The translations under genes were made by a program, and so were the position numbers. From Pedosphaera sp. (GTDB lineage Bacteria > Verrucomicrobiota > Verrucomicrobiia > Limisphaerales > SIBH01), in assembly GCA_031414955.1 (NCBI GenBank), contig JANOQV010000308.1, positions 33,769 through 97,768 on the forward strand: a stretch of 64,000 nucleotides of DNA, in the 5' to 3' direction. Shown here one piece after another: positions 61,336 to 64,000 of this stretch. Under the pieces are notes generated by a model that did not search any database, was not told the DNA's origin, and was given only the letters and a program-made list of their open reading frames with translations. Within the stretch, counting starts at the first letter, position 1. Each line of letters starts with the position of its first letter.

Positions 61336-63830
61336 TCCCTGGTGAGAAACTCGTCCAAGTTCAACATCACCTCCGCCACCGCGCGCCAGGCCTGCGGCTC
61401 GCCGATGGTGGACATGGTGGAAAGTCTCGCGCTGCGAGACAAGTCCGCGCCGACACCGCTCGCAGCGCGAGCGGTCCCACCCTCCTTGCTCGCGGAAAGC
61501 GCGGATGCTTCGCGATACAACTGCTCAAGCCGCTTCAATTCCACCCGCGCCGGCTCGCGGCTGAAACAGATGCGGAAGGCTGCATCCAGCTTGGCGCGAG
61601 GGTTTCCCGGCAACGCTGTCACGCGTTGCCCGAACGCCTCCGTGGCCTCGGCAAACACCGGGTTGTTGAGCAAGGCCAGCGGCTGCAAGGGCGTGTTCGA
61701 ACGCTCGCGCTGGGCGGTGCATTCGCTCGGATTCGCGCCATCAAAGGTCGCGCTGATCGGGTACGGCACCGTGCGCCGCACCGCGACATACACGCCCCGG
61801 CGATGCTTGGCGGAGCCTTCCGTCTCCGTCCACGTTCCGCCCACGCCGTAGCCCGCCGCCTTCACGTCTTTCGGAATCACCGGGTAAATGCTCGCGCCGC
61901 CCAGCTCGCGATTGAGCAATCCCCCCGCGTCCAGGAACAGGTCGCGCACGATCTCCGACTCCACGCGCAGGCGATTCTGCCGCGCGAGCAGGATGTTCTG
62001 CGGGTCACGGTGCCGCAGGTCAGCCCGCACCTCGGATGATTGCCGATACGTCGCCGACGTGACGATGAGCCGGATGAGTTGCTTGCGGCTCCAGCCGTGG
62101 CGCTGGAACTCCGTCGCCAGCCAGTCGAGAAGTTCGGGATGCGAGGGAGCCTCGCCGCGCAGGCCAAAGTCTTCCGGCGTGTTCACCAGCCCGCGCCCAA
62201 ACAAATGGAGCCAGAGGTGATTCACCGCCACGCGCGCGGTCAGTGGATTCTCCGGCGACACAATCCAGCGTGCGAGATCAAGCCGGGTTGGTTGCCCGTC
62301 GCATTCAAAACGATTCAAGACCCGCAGCACGCCGGGCTGCACCTCCTCGCCGGGCCGGAGAAAGTCGCCGCGCACATGCACGAAAGTCTTGGGCGCGTTC
62401 GTGCGCGCCGCGAGCAACAGCGCCTCTTCGCCGCGATACCTCGGGGCCAGTCGCTGGTGCGCCTTGAGCCTGGCCGCGAACTCCTTCAGGCCCGGATCCA
62501 GCTTGCGATAATGTTTCCACAGCGCCCGCTTTTGCGCGGCGCTGCGTTGCTCCGCCGGCAGGTCGAGCACGTCCGTCACCGCGCCACTCATCCCTCCGCG
62601 GTCCACGCCGCGCTGCCAGCGCACGAAATTCGTCTGCGCCTCGCCGTCCGCATAACGCGAACGCGCCTCCTCCAGCCGGGCCTTCTCCTGCTCCCAGTGC
62701 TTGCGCGCCAGCTCGTACTTCTCCCGCTCGCCGGGCTGCGGCGCGGGCACGTCCAGTTCCTGGGCTTCGTTGAAGAAGGCGTAGAGCCGGTAGAATTCGC
62801 GCTGTGAAACCGGATCAAACTTGTGCGAGTGACACTCCGCGCAACCCAGCGTCAATCCCAGCCACGCCGTGCCCGTGGTCGCGACGCGATCCACCCTGGC
62901 TTTGCTGGCGTACTCGGCCGCGTCCACGCCGTCCTCGTGGTTGGAAAGCGTCATGCGATGAAAGCCAGTGGCAATCCGCTGCTCCAGGGTCGCATCCGGC
63001 AGCAGGTCGCCGGCGATCTGTTCCATCGTGAACTGATCAAACGGCTGGTCGCGGTTCAAGGAATCGATGACCCAATCGCGGAAGAGATAGGCACCGGGGC
63101 GGACGCGATCGATCTGGTAGCCCGCGCTGTCCGCGTAGCGCGCGAGGTCGAGCCAGTGCCGGCCCCAACGCTCTCCAAAATGGGGCGAGGCGAGCAGCTC
63201 ATCCACCACGCGCAAGTAGGCGTCACCGCGGCGGTCCTTCTCGAAGGCCACGACCTGCTCCGGCGTGGGCAGCAAGCCAGTGAGATCGAGATGGACGCGC
63301 CGGATCAGCGTGGCGCGCTGTGCCTCGGGAGAAGGTTTGAGCCGTTCGCGTTCCAATCGCGTCAGGATGAAAGGGTCGATGGCATTGAGAACTTTTGAGT
63401 TGCGATTTTCGAGCAATGGCACCGGCGTCCGCGTAGGCGCAACGAACGCCCAATGCTTCTGCGGGTCAGCCGGCTTGACCGCCACCGCCGCCGGCCACGC
63501 CGCCCCGGAATCGATCCACAACTTTACCGCCGCCACTTCGCCCGCCGAAAGCGCCTCCCCTTTCGGCGGCATGCGCTCGTCCCGGTTGGTCGTGAGCAGA
63601 CGCTGCACCAGCGCGCTGGCCGCGCTGTTGCTGACGATGATGGCGCGCGTGCCCGAATCGCCCCCGGACAAAGCCGTCTCGCGATCATTCAGGCGATACC
63701 CGCTCTTGTGCTTCTCCGGCCCATGACATTCCAGACAGCGCTGCTGAAGAATCGCCCAACCCGCCTCGAACGAAGCAGCGTGAACACCCACCACCGCCGT
63801 CATCAAGACAGCGAGGCCCGAAGCGAGCAT
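61332..63830 (-). CDS. Planctomycete cytochrome c + DUF1549 + DUF1553 protein (second paralog)
   Basis: CLECH, CAECH, FGERWGRHWLD, PSHPELLDWLA, LNLDEFLTRE; ATGA overlap with DUF1501; start uncertain. Confidence 0.93.
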   Translation of the reverse strand: MLASGLAVLMTAVVGVHAASFEAGWAILQQRCLECHGPEKHKSGYRLNDRETALSGGDSGTRAIIVSNSAASALVQRLLTTNRDERMPPKGEALSAGEVAAVKLWIDSGAAWPAAVAVKPADPQKHWAFVAPTRTPVPLLENRNSKVLNAIDPFILTRLERERLKPSPEAQRATLIRRVHLDLTGLLPTPEQVVAFEKDRRGDAYLRVVDELLASPHFGERWGRHWLDLARYADSAGYQIDRVRPGAYLFRDWVIDSLNRDQPFDQFTMEQIAGDLLPDATLEQRIATGFHRMTLSNHEDGVDAAEYASKARVDRVATTGTAWLGLTLGCAECHSHKFDPVSQREFYRLYAFFNEAQELDVPAPQPGEREKYELARKHWEQEKARLEEARSRYADGEAQTNFVRWQRGVDRGGMSGAVTDVLDLPAEQRSAAQKRALWKHYRKLDPGLKEFAARLKAHQRLAPRYRGEEALLLAARTNAPKTFVHVRGDFLRPGEEVQPGVLRVLNRFECDGQPTRLDLARWIVSPENPLTARVAVNHLWLHLFGRGLVNTPEDFGLRGEAPSHPELLDWLATEFQRHGWSRKQLIRLIVTSATYRQSSEVRADLRHRDPQNILLARQNRLRVESEIVRDLFLDAGGLLNRELGGASIYPVIPKDVKAAGYGVGGTWTETEGSAKHRRGVYVAVRRTVPYPISATFDGANPSECTAQRERSNTPLQPLALLNNPVFAEATEAFGQRVTALPGNPRAKLDAAFRICFSREPARVELKRLEQLYREASALSASKEGGTARAASGVGADLSRSARLSTMSTIGEPQAWRAVAEVMLNLDEFLTRE
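61416..61481. repeat. 66-bp REP-like palindrome in-frame within the DUF1553 gene
   Basis: GGTGGAAAGTCTCGCGCTGCGAG ... CTCGCAGCGCGAGCGGTCCCACC; perfect 13-bp inverted core. Confidence 0.7.
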
Positions 63831-63980
63831 TCGAGTGTGTGGATTCACGAGGTTTTCTGACGAGCCATGCGCGGGCGGTGATTCAATTTTGTTTCTCCCC
63901 AACGTGCTCCCGGCGTCATGCCGGCGGGGGCCCATCTTGAAGGTACAGATCTGTCCACCAGCACACGCTCTGGGCGGGCT

Positions 63981-64000
63981 AAAAGCGGCGCTGAAGCGAC
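63981..64000. repeat. Start of a second copy of the 7059-type REP-like element (cut by window edge)
   Basis: AAAGCGGCGCTGAAGCGAC vs AAAGCGGTGCTCAAGCGAC at 7061. Confidence 0.5.

Overview
High-GC bacterial chromosome segment. The gene content (DUF1549/DUF1553-DUF1501 pairs, PVC-type CxxCH protein, H-X9-DG prepilin-like proteins, lamin-tail/CotH surface protein) points to the PVC superphylum, most likely Verrucomicrobia subdivision 3; this assignment is inference from family recognition by eye. About 42 genes: nadB, a Tat-exported oxidoreductase, a MacB-type ABC transporter, an S8 peptidase, tRNA-Val(GAC), a hybrid histidine kinase, pilT/pilU, comEC, an SNF2 ATPase, pssA and a psd-like gene, rsmD, a MoxR module and two DUF1553/DUF1501 operons. 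No CRISPR array, integrase or transposase was seen. Most notable: (1) an AT-richer HExxH metallopeptidase gene inserted in a DUF1553-DUF1501 operon between two diverged copies of the gene junction, apparently using a DUF1501-type Tat leader; (2) a signal-peptide-bearing PD-(D/E)xK nuclease-like protein near comEC and pilT; (3) a shared C-terminal R[FY][FY]RV domain and strong Thr-Asn enrichment in exported proteins, suggesting a lineage-specific sorting and/or glycosylation system; (4) a Psd homolog with substituted catalytic residues; (5) several small palindromic elements (a MITE with TSD, REP-like doublets, inverted heptamer arrays), some translated in-frame within proteins.
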